Below, piece after piece: positions 23,513 to 37,400 of a stretch of DNA of 64,000 nt. Source of the DNA: a virus; the IMG/VR virus record IMGVR_UViG_3300020468_000005, positions 1 through 64,000 of that record. One strand, written 5' to 3'. The notes beneath the pieces were generated by a model, which saw only the letters and a list, made by a program, of their open reading frames with translations, had not been told where the DNA came from and did no database searches. Position 1 is the first letter of the stretch. Each line of letters begins with the position of its first letter. The position numbers and the translations under genes were made by a program.

Positions 23513-25395
23513 TGTCATTTCAACAGGTAAATGCCTTAGAATTTAACGAAATCAAGGCACAAATTAAAGATTATCTAAAATCACAATCACAGTTTAGCGA
23601 TTATGACTTTGAAGGATCGTCTATGACGGTGCTTTTAGATACTCTTGCATACAATACTTACTATACAGCGGTTAATGCTAACCTTGCAGTCAATGAAGGG
23701 TTCCTAGAAACGGCAGTTTTGCGTGAAAATGTCGTAAAACTAGCAAGGATGCTTGGTTATACACCTCGTTCTGCACGTTCTAGTAAGTGTGTTGTTAATA
23801 TTGCAGTACAAACACAGGTTACAACTAACGCACAAGGCGTAATTACCAAAGGATATCCTACTAGAATTACTTTACAGAAAGGATTGGTAGTTAATTTTAC
23901 AGGTTTAGATAATAATAACTTTGTTTTTTCTATTGGACAGGACGTAATTCAGACTGTGGATAGCGGAACAGGAATTGCAACGTTTTCTAATACTGAATTA
24001 TTTGAAGGAAATTTCCTTACAGACACATTTGTACGTAATACTTCTGAAAGACAACGTTTTATTTTAACAAATGATCGAGCAGATACCTCTACTTTACGAG
24101 TTTTAGTAACTTCTGGAACTGTTACAGAGCGTTATTTGCAAGCAACAGACATTACAAAGATAGATTCTACATCAAAAGTCTTCTTTTTGGAAGAATCTGA
24201 GTATGGAAGACCCGAAATTATGTTCGGAGACGGTATTGTTGGTAGAGATTTGTTAAATGGAGACGTAGTTAGTGCTACTTACACCACTTCTAGTGGTTCT
24301 GGAGCGAATGGATTGCTCCAATTTGAAAATATTGGAACATTTATCAACGATGAAGCTCAATCCGTGACCTCTGGTATAACAATTACGCTAGTTGAGCGTC
24401 CAGAAGGCGGTAAAGATGCAGAAACTACGGAAGCAATCAAGTTTTCAGCTCCAAAATTCTATTCTGCGTTTGGTAGAGCAGTCTCAACACAGGATTATGA
24501 AGCAATTATTCCAAATATTTACCCAAATGTAGCTTCAATCGCTTGTTATGGTGGTGAAGAAGCGGAACCTCCTGAATTTGGTAAGGTATTTTTAGCGATT
24601 AAACCTAAAAATGCAGATAAATTATCACTTTCCGAAAAAAATGTTGTATTAAAGAAGCTCAGAGAGTATTCTGTAGCAGCAGTTCAACCTTCAATCATTG
24701 ATCCGTCCATTTTATACATTGATATTGATAGTTTTGTGTACTATAACCCCAATATTACACGGAAAGAATCAGATGTAATCAAAAATTCCGTACTTGCCAC
24801 CTTAGTTGCACTCAATACTGGATCTGAATTTAATAAATTTGGTGGAAAGTTCAAATATTCTAAGCTTCAGGGTATAATTGATAGTGCAGATACTTCAATT
24901 ACTTCAAATATCACTCGTCTCAAGATGAGAAAGAACGTTATAGTGACTCTGAACGCACGAGTGAACTATAAAATATGTTACGGTAACCGCATTAACCAAG
25001 GAACGTCCACACAACCTACTGTTTCCTCTTCAGGATTTGCTATTTCTGGTGATACAGTTAATACTTATTTCCTCAATGATGATGGTGCAGGTTTGTTGAG
25101 ACTTTACTACATTAAGGGAAGTGGTGAAAAAGAATACATTGGAGGTTCTTGGGGTACTGTTGATTATTCTATGGGAGAGATCGTGATTAACGATTTGGTG
25201 ATTACATCAACAATTGCTTCTGGTAATATACTACAACTTAGTGCAATTCCAGAATCTAATGACCTTGTTTCTTTGCGTGAAACCTATTTGACATTAGGTA
25301 TAGATAATACAACTGTTAATGTTGTAGAAGACACTATCAGTAGTGGTTCAAATCTTTCTGGTACGGGAGTTATACCAGAGTCCAGTTATAGTTAA
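23512..25395 (+). CDS. gp6: Baseplate wedge subunit gp6
   Basis: DYDFEGS...LAYNTYY...LGYTPRS and RAVSTQDYE motifs; synteny. Confidence 0.92.
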   Translation: MSFQQVNALEFNEIKAQIKDYLKSQSQFSDYDFEGSSMTVLLDTLAYNTYYTAVNANLAVNEGFLETAVLRENVVKLARMLGYTPRSARSSKCVVNIAVQTQVTTNAQGVITKGYPTRITLQKGLVVNFTGLDNNNFVFSIGQDVIQTVDSGTGIATFSNTELFEGNFLTDTFVRNTSERQRFILTNDRADTSTLRVLVTSGTVTERYLQATDITKIDSTSKVFFLEESEYGRPEIMFGDGIVGRDLLNGDVVSATYTTSSGSGANGLLQFENIGTFINDEAQSVTSGITITLVERPEGGKDAETTEAIKFSAPKFYSAFGRAVSTQDYEAIIPNIYPNVASIACYGGEEAEPPEFGKVFLAIKPKNADKLSLSEKNVVLKKLREYSVAAVQPSIIDPSILYIDIDSFVYYNPNITRKESDVIKNSVLATLVALNTGSEFNKFGGKFKYSKLQGIIDSADTSITSNITRLKMRKNVIVTLNARVNYKICYGNRINQGTSTQPTVSSSGFAISGDTVNTYFLNDDGAGLLRLYYIKGSGEKEYIGGSWGTVDYSMGEIVINDLVITSTIASGNILQLSAIPESNDLVSLRETYLTLGIDNTTVNVVEDTISSGSNLSGTGVIPESSYS

Positions 25396-25400
25396 CAAGA

Positions 25401-28400
25401 ATGGCAACTAATCAATCATCTTGGAAGGTCGGTCAGTGGACTACACCAACCACGACGGTTACAACTCAACCTGTACCGTCTGAGGTTACCGCTGAATCGA
25501 GATCCCAAATATCCCATAATATTCCTGGACAGTTTGCGTCATTCATTCAGGATGAATATCCTACGTTTATAGAATTTGTTAAAGCATATTATAAATCACA
25601 AGAATTAAGAGGATATTGTTTTGATGTTATTAATAACTGGGGTGATTATTACAATATTGACAATTATGGAAGTTTAATTGTTGAAACGGACTTAATTTCT
25701 TCAATGTCAACTACTTCTACAACAGTTGACGTTACTACAACTCGTGATTTCCCCGATGAAGGTCTTTTGATGATAGATGATGAGATCATTTATTACAAAA
25801 ACAAAGGACAGACTATTTTTAATGACTGTTCAAGAGGATTTGATGCAGTAAAAGCGGTTGGAACTGCTAGTCAGTATGTTTTTGCTGAAACAACTGCTGC
25901 TGAACATGCTCTAGGAGCAAAAGTTGTTAATTTGAACAATATTTTCCCACTTTTCATGTTGGGACAGTTCAAAGATCAGTATTTGTCCACTTATCCAAAG
26001 AATTTTTCAGATGGAGTTACTGAATCTACTGTAATTAAGCGAATTAAAGATTTTTATGCGTCAAAAGGCACAACTAGGTCTTTTCAGTTCGTTTTAAGAA
26101 CACTTTTTGGCGTAGAATCAGAAGTTTCATACCCAAGAGACAGAATCTTCAAACCATCGGATGCATTCTTCACTAATAGAGAGGTAATTCGTGCTACAGC
26201 AGTTAGTGGAGACCCTACAGAGTTAGTTGGCGAAGTTTTGTACCAAGAAAACGATCCAAGTGACCCATATGTCAATGAAGCACGTATTTACGTTAAGGGT
26301 GTTCAAAAAGTTTTCACTGCTTCAGGGGAAATCTATGAAATTGACGTAGATACCAATAACTCTTCAGGAACCTTTGTAACACCTTACAAAACTACTATTG
26401 CATCAGATGTACCTTCAAGATTAGACTTTACAACGATCACAGTTGATAGTACTTTGGGATGGCCAGAGTTAAATGGTAGATTTAGAGTTCAAGATGAAAT
26501 AATAACATATACAAACAAAACAGTTAACCAATTTATAGGATGTACTCGTGCTAGAGAGGGTACAACCTCTGATGAGCATATTGCAGGTCAAGAAGCGTTT
26601 GCTGCATTCCGAATTTACGGTAAAAGTAACCTAGATGGGTCTGATATTCAGATTAAAGTATATGGTGGAACGAGAGGAGTTAATTTAACTAATGGTGGTA
26701 AATATTACCTTCCTAAGAGTAAAGTTACAACGCCTGCAGCACCTGGTTTTGACAGTCTTGATCCAATATGGAGTTCCTTCCAATATAACGTTAGAAAGGC
26801 ACTTAGAGGGGTTACAGCAGAGTTAGCAACACCTGCTGCTGATGGTTCTGTTCGTGTTACAGTTACCACTAGAGAAAAACATCGTTTAAGAAGAGATGAC
26901 AAGGTTAGAATCCTAAATGCTGCTGAAGACATCTATAATAACGAACATGATGTTGTTGGTATTATAGATGAGTTCAAATTTGAATTTATTCTTGGTAGTG
27001 CACCTTCTCAACCTATATTGGAAACAGATGGTTTATTTTTTATCTCTAGAGAATTTGCATTTGGTACAAGTGTCTACACATCTATCAATAACTTAGTTTC
27101 CCAGTACACTGCTGATGTACAAAACGTATATAAGTCAACTGACAATGCAATAGTCGCTAGTACAGGTATACCATCACATAAAATAGGTCCTTTCTCTGTA
27201 AATGATCCAGATCCAGGAAATCAACGATATTTAAAGAGAATACCATTAGTACCATCAACAAAAAGTACAAAAACACCAACTCCTGTTGGGCAAGTTGGGA
27301 TTGGTGTAAATGGAGTTCCATTTTTCTCATATAAGGGAACTTCGACGAAAAAGTTTGGTGGAATTGCTTCTATCACAAAAAATGATGGTGGAGATGGATA
27401 TGATATTGAAAACCCCCCTACAGTTGAGTTTGAACCCGACTATAAGTTAAATACAACTTATGCAAGTGGCAATGTTATAAAATATGATGATAATGGTACT
27501 GTAAGAAGATATAGAGCACAGAATCCTGGCACAAGTGATAAAATTACATATCCAACACATACAAGTGGTGCTGTTAGACATGGAACTATTGATTGGGAAT
27601 ATTTGGGTTTAGGTGCATCAGCAGAAGCTATTATTGATGGTAGAATTATTGCTATCAACGTAACTAACGGTGGGGGAGGATATACCCGTCAACCTATTGT
27701 TTCTATTAGTGGTGGTGGTGCACCTAACAGTACACAGGCAACTGCAGTCGCACAAATTACTGATGGTAGGGTAACTGGTATTGCGGTAACATATTCAGGT
27801 GCTGGTTATACAAAAGTTGCAGGATTACCTAACATATCAATTAGTGGTGGTGGCGGTGTAGGTGCTGCTGCTAGTGCTGTTGTACGTGGACCTATCAATA
27901 CAATAAACATCACAAATACAGGATCTGAGTATACTTACGAACCAAATATTACTTTAAAATCTGGTGATGGTGCTGTGGGTTATGCATCTATTCTTAGTGG
28001 AAAGATTGAGAGTATTATTGTTACATTTGGTGGTGCAGATTACTTTGGTGCTCCAGACGTTGTTATTACTGGAGATGGAGTTGGTGCTACTGCGTTTGCT
28101 GTTGTAGATCCAACTAGTAGACAAGTTACATCGGTTACTGTAACAAATAAAGGACTTGGGTATACAACAGGTAATACTCAAATTAGTATTGTGTATCCTG
28201 GTGATGGTGCTAGATTTACAACTAATTTAACTCAGTTAACTTATAACGAAGCAGCAACTGCAGATGAAATTAAGAAGAATAATCCTAGTGCTATTTTCTC
28301 AGATAGAAAAGTTGTAGACGATGCTAATGGTACAGTTGTAAGAGGAGAAAACATTGGAATCTATGATGGTGAATATGGATACTTCTACACTCCAGATAAT

Positions 28401-31400
28401 CTTAGGTATTACCTAGGAGATAGTATTGAATCTAGAATTCCTACAGTAGCAGATCCTTCACCATGGATAGAACAGACTCCAATAGGACATTCTCCAATTA
28501 TAGGTTGGGCATATGACGGACATCCCATATATGGACCTTATGGATTTGAAGATCGACAAAATCAGAACCCATATAACTCGTATATTCAACCAGCTAGTAG
28601 TTATAGAATAAAAACATCTAGAGCGTCCATTCTAAGCGGTCTGACAGACCCTATGGGAACGTTTATTGAAGATTATGAGTATGTGGAAGGTCTAGGTGAT
28701 TTAGACCGTTATAATGGTAGATATTGCGTAACTCCAGAATATCCAGATGGAGTATATGCTTATTTTACAACAATTGATGGTGTCAGTGGTGCACCTAAAT
28801 TTCCATACTTTGTAGGACCTGATTTTTACTCAGAAGCAGATGAAATTAACTGGAATGGTAATGGACTACAAAGAAACTTTACTGAAGACGCTATCCGTTT
28901 TAGAGCACCATATATCGGAACTGATCAGGTTACTGCAAAGAGAAAAGCGTTAGATTCAAGAATTGATTTTGTACTAGCACTAGAAGATAGTACAACATTA
29001 ATAACATTAGAAAGTGGAGAAGTTCTTCAATATATTGAAGATGGTATTGGTTACTTTAGTTACTACCCAACAATTCGTGGTGGTAGTGCACAATCCTTAA
29101 CAGTTGCAGCTACTAACAGATATTCATCAACTAATATTAATGACTTCCTTGTAGAAGGTGGTGGGCAAGGATATAAGGTTAATGATAGATTATTATTTGA
29201 CAATACTGATACTGGTGGTGATGGAGTAAGTGCCACTATCTCAACTATCACAGGTGAACCTGTTTCTACACTTAATTACGTTGTAAATGATGAAGATGTA
29301 ACAATTGCTACATTAACCACGACTAATAATCACTATTTGGTTGGTGGTGATCAAATAACTGTTTCTATAGGTGACAATACTTATGAAAGAGAACTTAAGT
29401 CATACCTATACAATTCAAAATTCTATTTTAAGTATTTTGATTTAGTAAGTTATGATTTTATTACAGAATGGACAAACAGCACTGCATATAATAAATTTGA
29501 TTTAGTTTTTGTTGCAAATAGAGTATATCAAGCAACTGAAACCGCAACATCAGATTCTGATGCTAATAACGCTCCAACACATGTATCTGGCACAGTCAGT
29601 GATGGTACAATGTTATGGAAGTATATACGGAAACGTACAGATGGTGCACTTATTGCTACTACTACAAATTCCCAAGGATCTGGATATTTACCTGGCGTAT
29701 ACACTGACGTTCCAATGCTCACTAATGGGAATGGTAAAAATCTTATATTAGATCTTACTGTTGCTGCTAATGGAACTATATCAGTTGGTTCTATACCAAC
29801 GACTGCAGATAGAGGAACTGCATTTAAGATTGGCGATACTATTACAGTTGATGATGATAATGTTGGTAGTAACGGTGGATCTGGATTTCAACTTACTGTA
29901 ACTCAAATATCATTAGAAGCTGTAGTTAGAACTGATGCTGCACATCAATTAGGAGTTGGTGATATAGTTGATTTTAAAGGTATGAATGTTGGAACTTATA
30001 ATGGTGATTTTACAGTAGTAAGAACTGAAACTCTTAGAAGATTTACTATTTCAGTTAATCAATTAGGTACAAATGCTGCTCCTAATATTACAAGTTCGGT
30101 AGTTAGTGTAAGGGAACCTAAATTCCAATTTATTAATGGACATTCATATAAATTTGATACTTCAGATTCTACTCTCAATAATGTTACATTAGCATTTACT
30201 CTTGACCCATTAAACACTGATATATTCACATATAAAAACATCACAGATGAGGTTGTTGATACTCAAACTCTTCAACAAACTTCTATAACTCTTAAGGTTG
30301 TAGATTTACCAGGTATTTTCTATTATTTTGATTTAGCAGGTCAATATTCAATAACTGGAAGTTATTTCACTATTATGAACGAACCTCTAGCTGGTACAAA
30401 TATACTATTATCTAAGACTGATACTACTGCTTCATATGCAACTGCATTAGAACCAGAAGTAAATTATGATGCTTCAAATACTATAACTTATAGTACAAAC
30501 TCAATATATCCAACTGGAGGAGTCTCAACAATCTCAATTGGAGACAGTGGACGTAATTATGAATCTTTACCACAATTATCAGGATCCACCAGAGCTGGTG
30601 CAGGTGCAACTGCTGTAGCAACAATTTCTGGAGTATTATCTGGAGTCTCTGTTACAAATAAGGGTTCTGGTTATAATCCTGCGTCTTTACCTACAGGGGT
30701 TGTTACATTACCTGATTTTGTAGATTTAACACTAACAAACGTTCTTGGTTCTGGTTCATTTGCAGTAAATGAAATTATTATATCTCAAAGTGCTCAAGGA
30801 ACTCAAACTGCTAGAGGTAAAGTTATTTCTTGGGATCCATTGAGTTCAACATTGAGAATACAACCTCTTCAAAATGGAAGGACTGGTGCTGCAAATAAAG
30901 GGTATATTATGTTTACCACATTTGCTGCTAATAATGATAGAGGTAAAGTTTTTAGTTCAGATTCTCAGGCAACTATTAGTGCAGTGAGTGGTGCTCAAGC
31001 AACTGTGCTTTGTAGTATTCCTAGTTCAGGTCCTGATGTAGGTAGATTGTCAGAAGTCACTGTTAATGGTCCTGGTTCTAACTATAGAGCAGCACCAAAT
31101 ATTATTCTTGACGATCCTGATTTTGGATTAGTTAATACTGTAACAATTACTACAAATACAACTGGATTAACGCCTGGTCAGTATACTGGTGTTACACAAT
31201 CTGCTGTAAATCCTACTGGTGGTACTAATGTAGAATTTACGGTTACTTCTGGTGCTGGTGGAACTGTTGAACAGGTTGTAGTTACTAATGGTGGTGGTAC
31301 ATATAGACTAGGTGATATCATTACTATTCCTGGTAATCAGATAGGTGGTGCTACAACTGCTAATGATATTACTGTGACAGTTACAGTACTGACACATATT

Positions 31401-34400
31401 GATCCTGCATCCACATTATGTTCTTTAAATGCAACAGTAGATAGTATAACCATTACTAATACTGGATCTGGTTATTTGTCTGCTCCAGATGTTCTTGTTA
31501 GTGGTGGTAGTGGAATCAATGCAAAATTCAATGCATCTATTCAGAATCAAGGAATATCTGCAATTAATATAGAAGCTGGTGGAGAATTGTTCCAAAATGC
31601 TCCTGTAGTTAACATTACACAAAAAACAGGAACGGGTGCTTCTGTATTATTGAAATCTACCGATTTGGGTAAAATATTAAAAATTGGTGGAGATAATATT
31701 ACATTTAATTATAGTCATGATAGAACTCTAAAACCAGAGTTAAATACTACCTTTAATTTACAATTAACAAGAACTCAAGTTATTGACTATCTTGAGGTGA
31801 CAGATGGTGGTGCAAACTTTGTTGCAATTCCAGAAATTGTTCTTACTGGTGGAAGTGGGTCACTTTTTGATTTAAGAGCCGTTATTGAGAATGAGGTTAT
31901 ACAAAGTGTTGAAGTTCGTAATCCAGGTAGAGGTTTCTTATCAGCTCCATCTGTAAGTGCAAGAATAACTCATAATTGGGTTGGATTGAGATCTAACAGT
32001 ACTTTAAACTTCCCATATAATGCAAAAATACCTACAGGTACGAAAGTTACATTAAATGAAAATATAGGAACATTTCCAACTCCATTAGTAACTAATACAA
32101 CATATTATGCCATTGCAGCGACTCTTGCAAATGGATTAGCAAATAATCAAATTAGATTAGCAACAACTCAAGCAAATGCAATAGCTGGAACTTATATTAA
32201 CTTTACAGGTGATCCGATTGGAGATGCTAATGGATTAACAGAATTTACTCTTTCTAGTACTGATCTTGGTGATATTATTACTGCATATATGAAACCTGCT
32301 AATTTCTTAGTTGGAGAAAGAGTTTATCAAGGTACATCCACTACAACATATACTGCGTTTGGAATTATTAAAGATTGGGATAGTCGTGGACGTATTCTTA
32401 GTGTGGAAATTATAGAAGGTGATTTTCTATCTGGCGAACCTGTCTTTGGTGAAGAATCAGCAGCATTTGGTGAAATCCATGCATTTGATAGAGCAGATGC
32501 AACATTTAACGTATCTCCTATTAGTACTTCTGCTGAAGGTTGGGAACGTACCACTGGTTTCTTAGATGTCAATGAGCAGAGAATATATGATAGTGATAGG
32601 TTCCAAGAATACTCATATGAAATTTCTTCACCTATCAATATTAATAAATGGAAAAACCCATTAAAATTTGCAGCACATCCTGCAGGATTTAAGGTACTTG
32701 GTACACAAGTTGTTTTAGAATCTAGTGCTAAAATTTATAGATCCAAATCTACAATAAATTCAAACTATTCTTCAAATGAACCATGGGCATGGTGGGTAGA
32801 ATCACCTCAACCAAATTTACAAACATTTAATGGCACTACCTATGTTTTCCCCAAACCTTCTGCTAGGTCAACTGGTAAATTAGCAACTATTAAGAACTTT
32901 GCACTAGGTGACCCAGACTACTCAGCAGCAGTTCCTACTGAGGTACAAATTTTTGGTAGACAACTATTAGATATTCAGAAAATCTTAAGTTGCATCTCAT
33001 ATAAGATTGATGATATTAGTTCTTCTTTTGATGGATCTACGACTGTTTTTAATTTAACAATTAGTGGTGCTACTGTAACTACTAAAATTGGAAAAACTTC
33101 TATTAAAGAACAATTCTTAGTTACAATAAATGGAATTGTTCAGAATCCTAATAATTACACTTTTGCAAACGATGCCATAACATTCTCAGTTGCACCTAAG
33201 GCAAATTCTGTTGCTTTGATAATGTATTATGATCGTGCATCATATACTTCTAGTTTCCAGTTAGATCAAATTGGAGATGAGATAAAAGCATTTGATATTA
33301 CTAATGGATTGACAGGTGGTACAGGATATGCAGATGGTACATATACTGCAATTCCATTAAGAAATAAAATTGGTAGTGGTGTTGGTGCAACTGCTGATAT
33401 TACAGTTAGTAATGGTTATGTTTCTAACGTTGTATTGAATAACTCAGGTGATGGATTTAGAGATGATGGTATTGTTGGAATTAGTGAAATTGGAAAACCA
33501 TTAACTAACAGTTATACCCCCTCTACAGCAACTTACGCTCCTAGTACAGGTGTACTAGAATTAACAGTAGGATCACATACTTTAAGTGCTCCTACAACAG
33601 CAACTGCCACAGATATTGACTATAATCCTAATACAGGTATTATGACAGTTACACTAGTGTCACACGGATTGGAAGCGGGTGATCAAGTTAAGTTTGCTGA
33701 TAATTCAATAACTCTTAGTTGTGCTTTTGGTGGTGCTTCAGGAGCAGCTGCTCAGAAGACCTATCCACGTAGTACTGACTATGCAAGTGATAGATGGTTA
33801 GAAGTATCAAACATAACAGTTAATACATTTGATGTTCAGGTATTAGATAGTATTCCTTCTACAAACGTAGATCCACATTCATTTGTATCTGCTGTTGCTG
33901 GTGGAATTAGTATTGCACAATCTACTGTTAGATTCTCAAACAATGCAATAACATTCAGTTGTGGATTTGGTGGTGGAGGTAATAGAAGTTACCCAAGGTC
34001 AACAGATCCTATTGCTGGTAAAAACGTTCCTGTTGATGCTATTACATCTACTACGTTTACGATCAATGCATTAAATGGAACCACACCTACAAACACTGAT
34101 GCACACACTTATGTTGGTAATGCCACTGCTGCTTTGAGTCCAACCTTTGTTGATTATGATGCTTCTCTTGGTATCATGAAACTAGAGTTAGCTAATCATG
34201 GACTTTCTAATGGTAACTTTATCCAATTTACTTCAGATTCACTAAACTTTATTTGTTCTCGTGATAACTATGCAACTACAACTGCATATCCTAGAGGATC
34301 AGATCCAGCTGCTGTAAACTGGTTAAATGTATTTGATGTAGAAACTAATAGTTTCAAGGTTCAGGTTGGAGCAAATATAGAAAAAGCATTTACACCAACT

Positions 34401-37400
34401 GGTGCGACATATACTGCGTCAACAGGTTCATTAACTTTAGATATAGAGAACCATGGATTTACGGCTGCTACTGAGCATACTGCAACTGATGCTACTTTTA
34501 ATACTACTACTGGTATTGTCACAATAACTTCTGCAAGTCATGGATTTGCAGCAGGTGATAGAGTTAAAATAAAAGACAGTTCTATAACCATGAGTTGTGG
34601 TTATAATGGAGGTGGGCAAGAATCATATCCTAAACCAGGTCAACCAATTAGCGGTAAGTGGATAACAGTTAGAGCAATTACCCAAGATACTTTTGATATC
34701 CAATGTCTTAAAGATGCTCCTTGTAGTAATAGTGATGCACACACATTTGTTTCTGCTACTGCAAATGGAATCCTCCACGCTAAGAGTGTAATCAGTATTG
34801 ATGATGAAGCATTAACATTTACATGCACACAAGATGATGACTTCTCTAGAAAATCATATCCTCGTACAACAGATCCTGCATCAAGAGAATTACTTGGTAT
34901 TGAAGCAGTTACCACTGACACTCTAACAGTTAACGTAGGTGCATCACCTCAGGTTACATTCACACCAACTAATGCAGTTTATACTCCTAGTACAGGTGTA
35001 CTAGTATTGACAATAGGTAATCATACTCTTCCTGTTGGTACAGGTATTAGTATTGATGTAAACTCCTTGAAGTTTAGATGTGACATGGAAAATGATGGTA
35101 CTCTCATTGCAGGAAACTTATCAAATCTAGGTGCTAGTCTTCACAATTATCCAAGACCAACAGATCCAGCTGCTAAGAGCAATCTTTATATTACTGAAAC
35201 GACAGGTACTACAATCACAGTTAATGTTAAACCATCTGTCACTGTAAATTACCAACCAACAGACGCTGCCTTGAATCTTGCTAATGGAGATCTTTCATTA
35301 ACTATCGGTGCACATCAATTCCGTGGAGAAAAGACATTTACACCAACAGCTGTTGACTATACTCCCAACACTGGTCTTGCAACATTAACAATTAAAGGTC
35401 ATACTATTCAAGCAGGTGACTTTGTTCAGGTTGCTAAAGAATCACTTACATTTACATGTGCACAAGATAGTCATCAGACTAATCATTCTTATCCAAGAAC
35501 TACTGATCCTGTCTATAGAGAGTGGATTCAGGTTATTTCTGTAACAAATGATACAATACTGCTTAACTTCTACTCAACTGTTGCAGGTAATTCAGCACAC
35601 CTATTTGTATCTGCTGCAGATGACTGTATTGCATTAAAAGGAGATACTATCAAGTTAACAGATGGTAGCATCGTAATGAGTTGTGATAATGGTGGTGTTA
35701 GCAACCAGTCTTATCCTAGAACTGATACTATTTCATATACTCCAACAGGTGCAGATTATGATCCTTCTACTGGAGTCATGACTGTTACTCATGGAGGGGG
35801 TGCAGGTGCCTTTGTGAACGGTGATCAAGTTAAGTTTGATGATAATGCTATTGTATTCACTTGTGCTGCTGGTGGTGGCACACACGCTTATCCTAGACCA
35901 GGCGATCCTGCTAGTGGTAGATGGTTAACTATTTGGAATGCTGACGATACAACCTTCAAGGTTCAGGTATTAGATACAATTCCTTCTACAAATACTAGTG
36001 TACATGTATTCTCTAGTGCTGTTAATAATGGCACGAAGAAAAAGAAAGACTGGGCGTATGATAGACCGATTCCGATCAAGAGTGTTGGATATACATCTCA
36101 TGCTGTAACAAATGCTACATATGATCCTAGTACAGGTGTACTAGTAGCAACAGTTGCAGGTCATGGATTCTCAAATGGCGAATATGTTAAAGTAAATCAA
36201 AGTGCATTGAAGTTTACATGTAATAAAGATAGTAATGCAACAGTTAAGAGTTACCCAACACTAGAAGATCCTTATTATGATGAGTGGGTAAAAGTAAGAA
36301 ATGTTACAACTGATACATTTGAGATTAATGTTGGAGTTGCAGGTCCTAATGGACAGCACACCCATACATTTGTACCAGAGGGTAAATTGACACCAACCTT
36401 AGGAGCATACAATCCAACAACAGGTGTTATGACTATAACTATTCCTGATCATGGATTTGTTGCTGGTGATGAGATCAAAGTTGATGACAATGCGTTTAGA
36501 TTCACATGTCTTGAGGACTTTGATACTTCATACCATGATTATCCTCGTAACACAGACCCAATCAGCGGTCAGTGGGTTAAGATATACAATGTCACAACTA
36601 ATACTTTTGATATACAGGTTCTAAACAGTGTACCGTCTACTAATACCACTACTCATACGTTTATTTCCGCAGTTGCTAATTCGATTACTCGCTCTGCCAT
36701 CAAGAAGCAAACTGGCGTTATTACGTTCAATACTAATAATAGAGATGCTGCTATTACTCATCAGTACGCTCATAGTTTTGTATCAGCAAGTGCTACAGCC
36801 GTCATAGCAGGTGGCAATTATACTCACACCTTCATACAGTCAACATCTGGTGCTGTTAAGACTGGTGGTGATTATGTACATACATTCGTCAATGCTAAAC
36901 CTACTTCTGTAAAATATGGATATACTCACTTGTACACAGGAAATGCAATTGCTAATCCTGTAACAAGAGGTCTAGTAACATCTGGTGGTCATGCATACGA
37001 TAGATTAGCTGATGCGGGTAGATTAATACGAGCAAACTTAGATTTCATTGCAACTACTGCATATGGTAGAATGCTTGCATTGAATCCTACTTTTGATGGT
37101 GATCTCTATAAGAGAAAATGTATTCGTGATACTAAGTTAATTTCTGAAGCAGTAGCAAACAATATTGAGTTTGGTGGAAATGATGGTGTTTATGATGCAG
37201 CAAATTTCTATGTTGGAACTGTACACCTAACTGGTGAAGAAGATCAATCTGTACAGGTGTTCAATGCTGCTAGAGATATCTGTCGTGAGGTAATGCGTAA
37301 TATCACTGTTACAACTAATTACGTTACTGAAGGATCACAAGTTAAGGATCTTACTATTACCAATGATAGTGGAGACAATACCTATACTACAGCAGACTGT

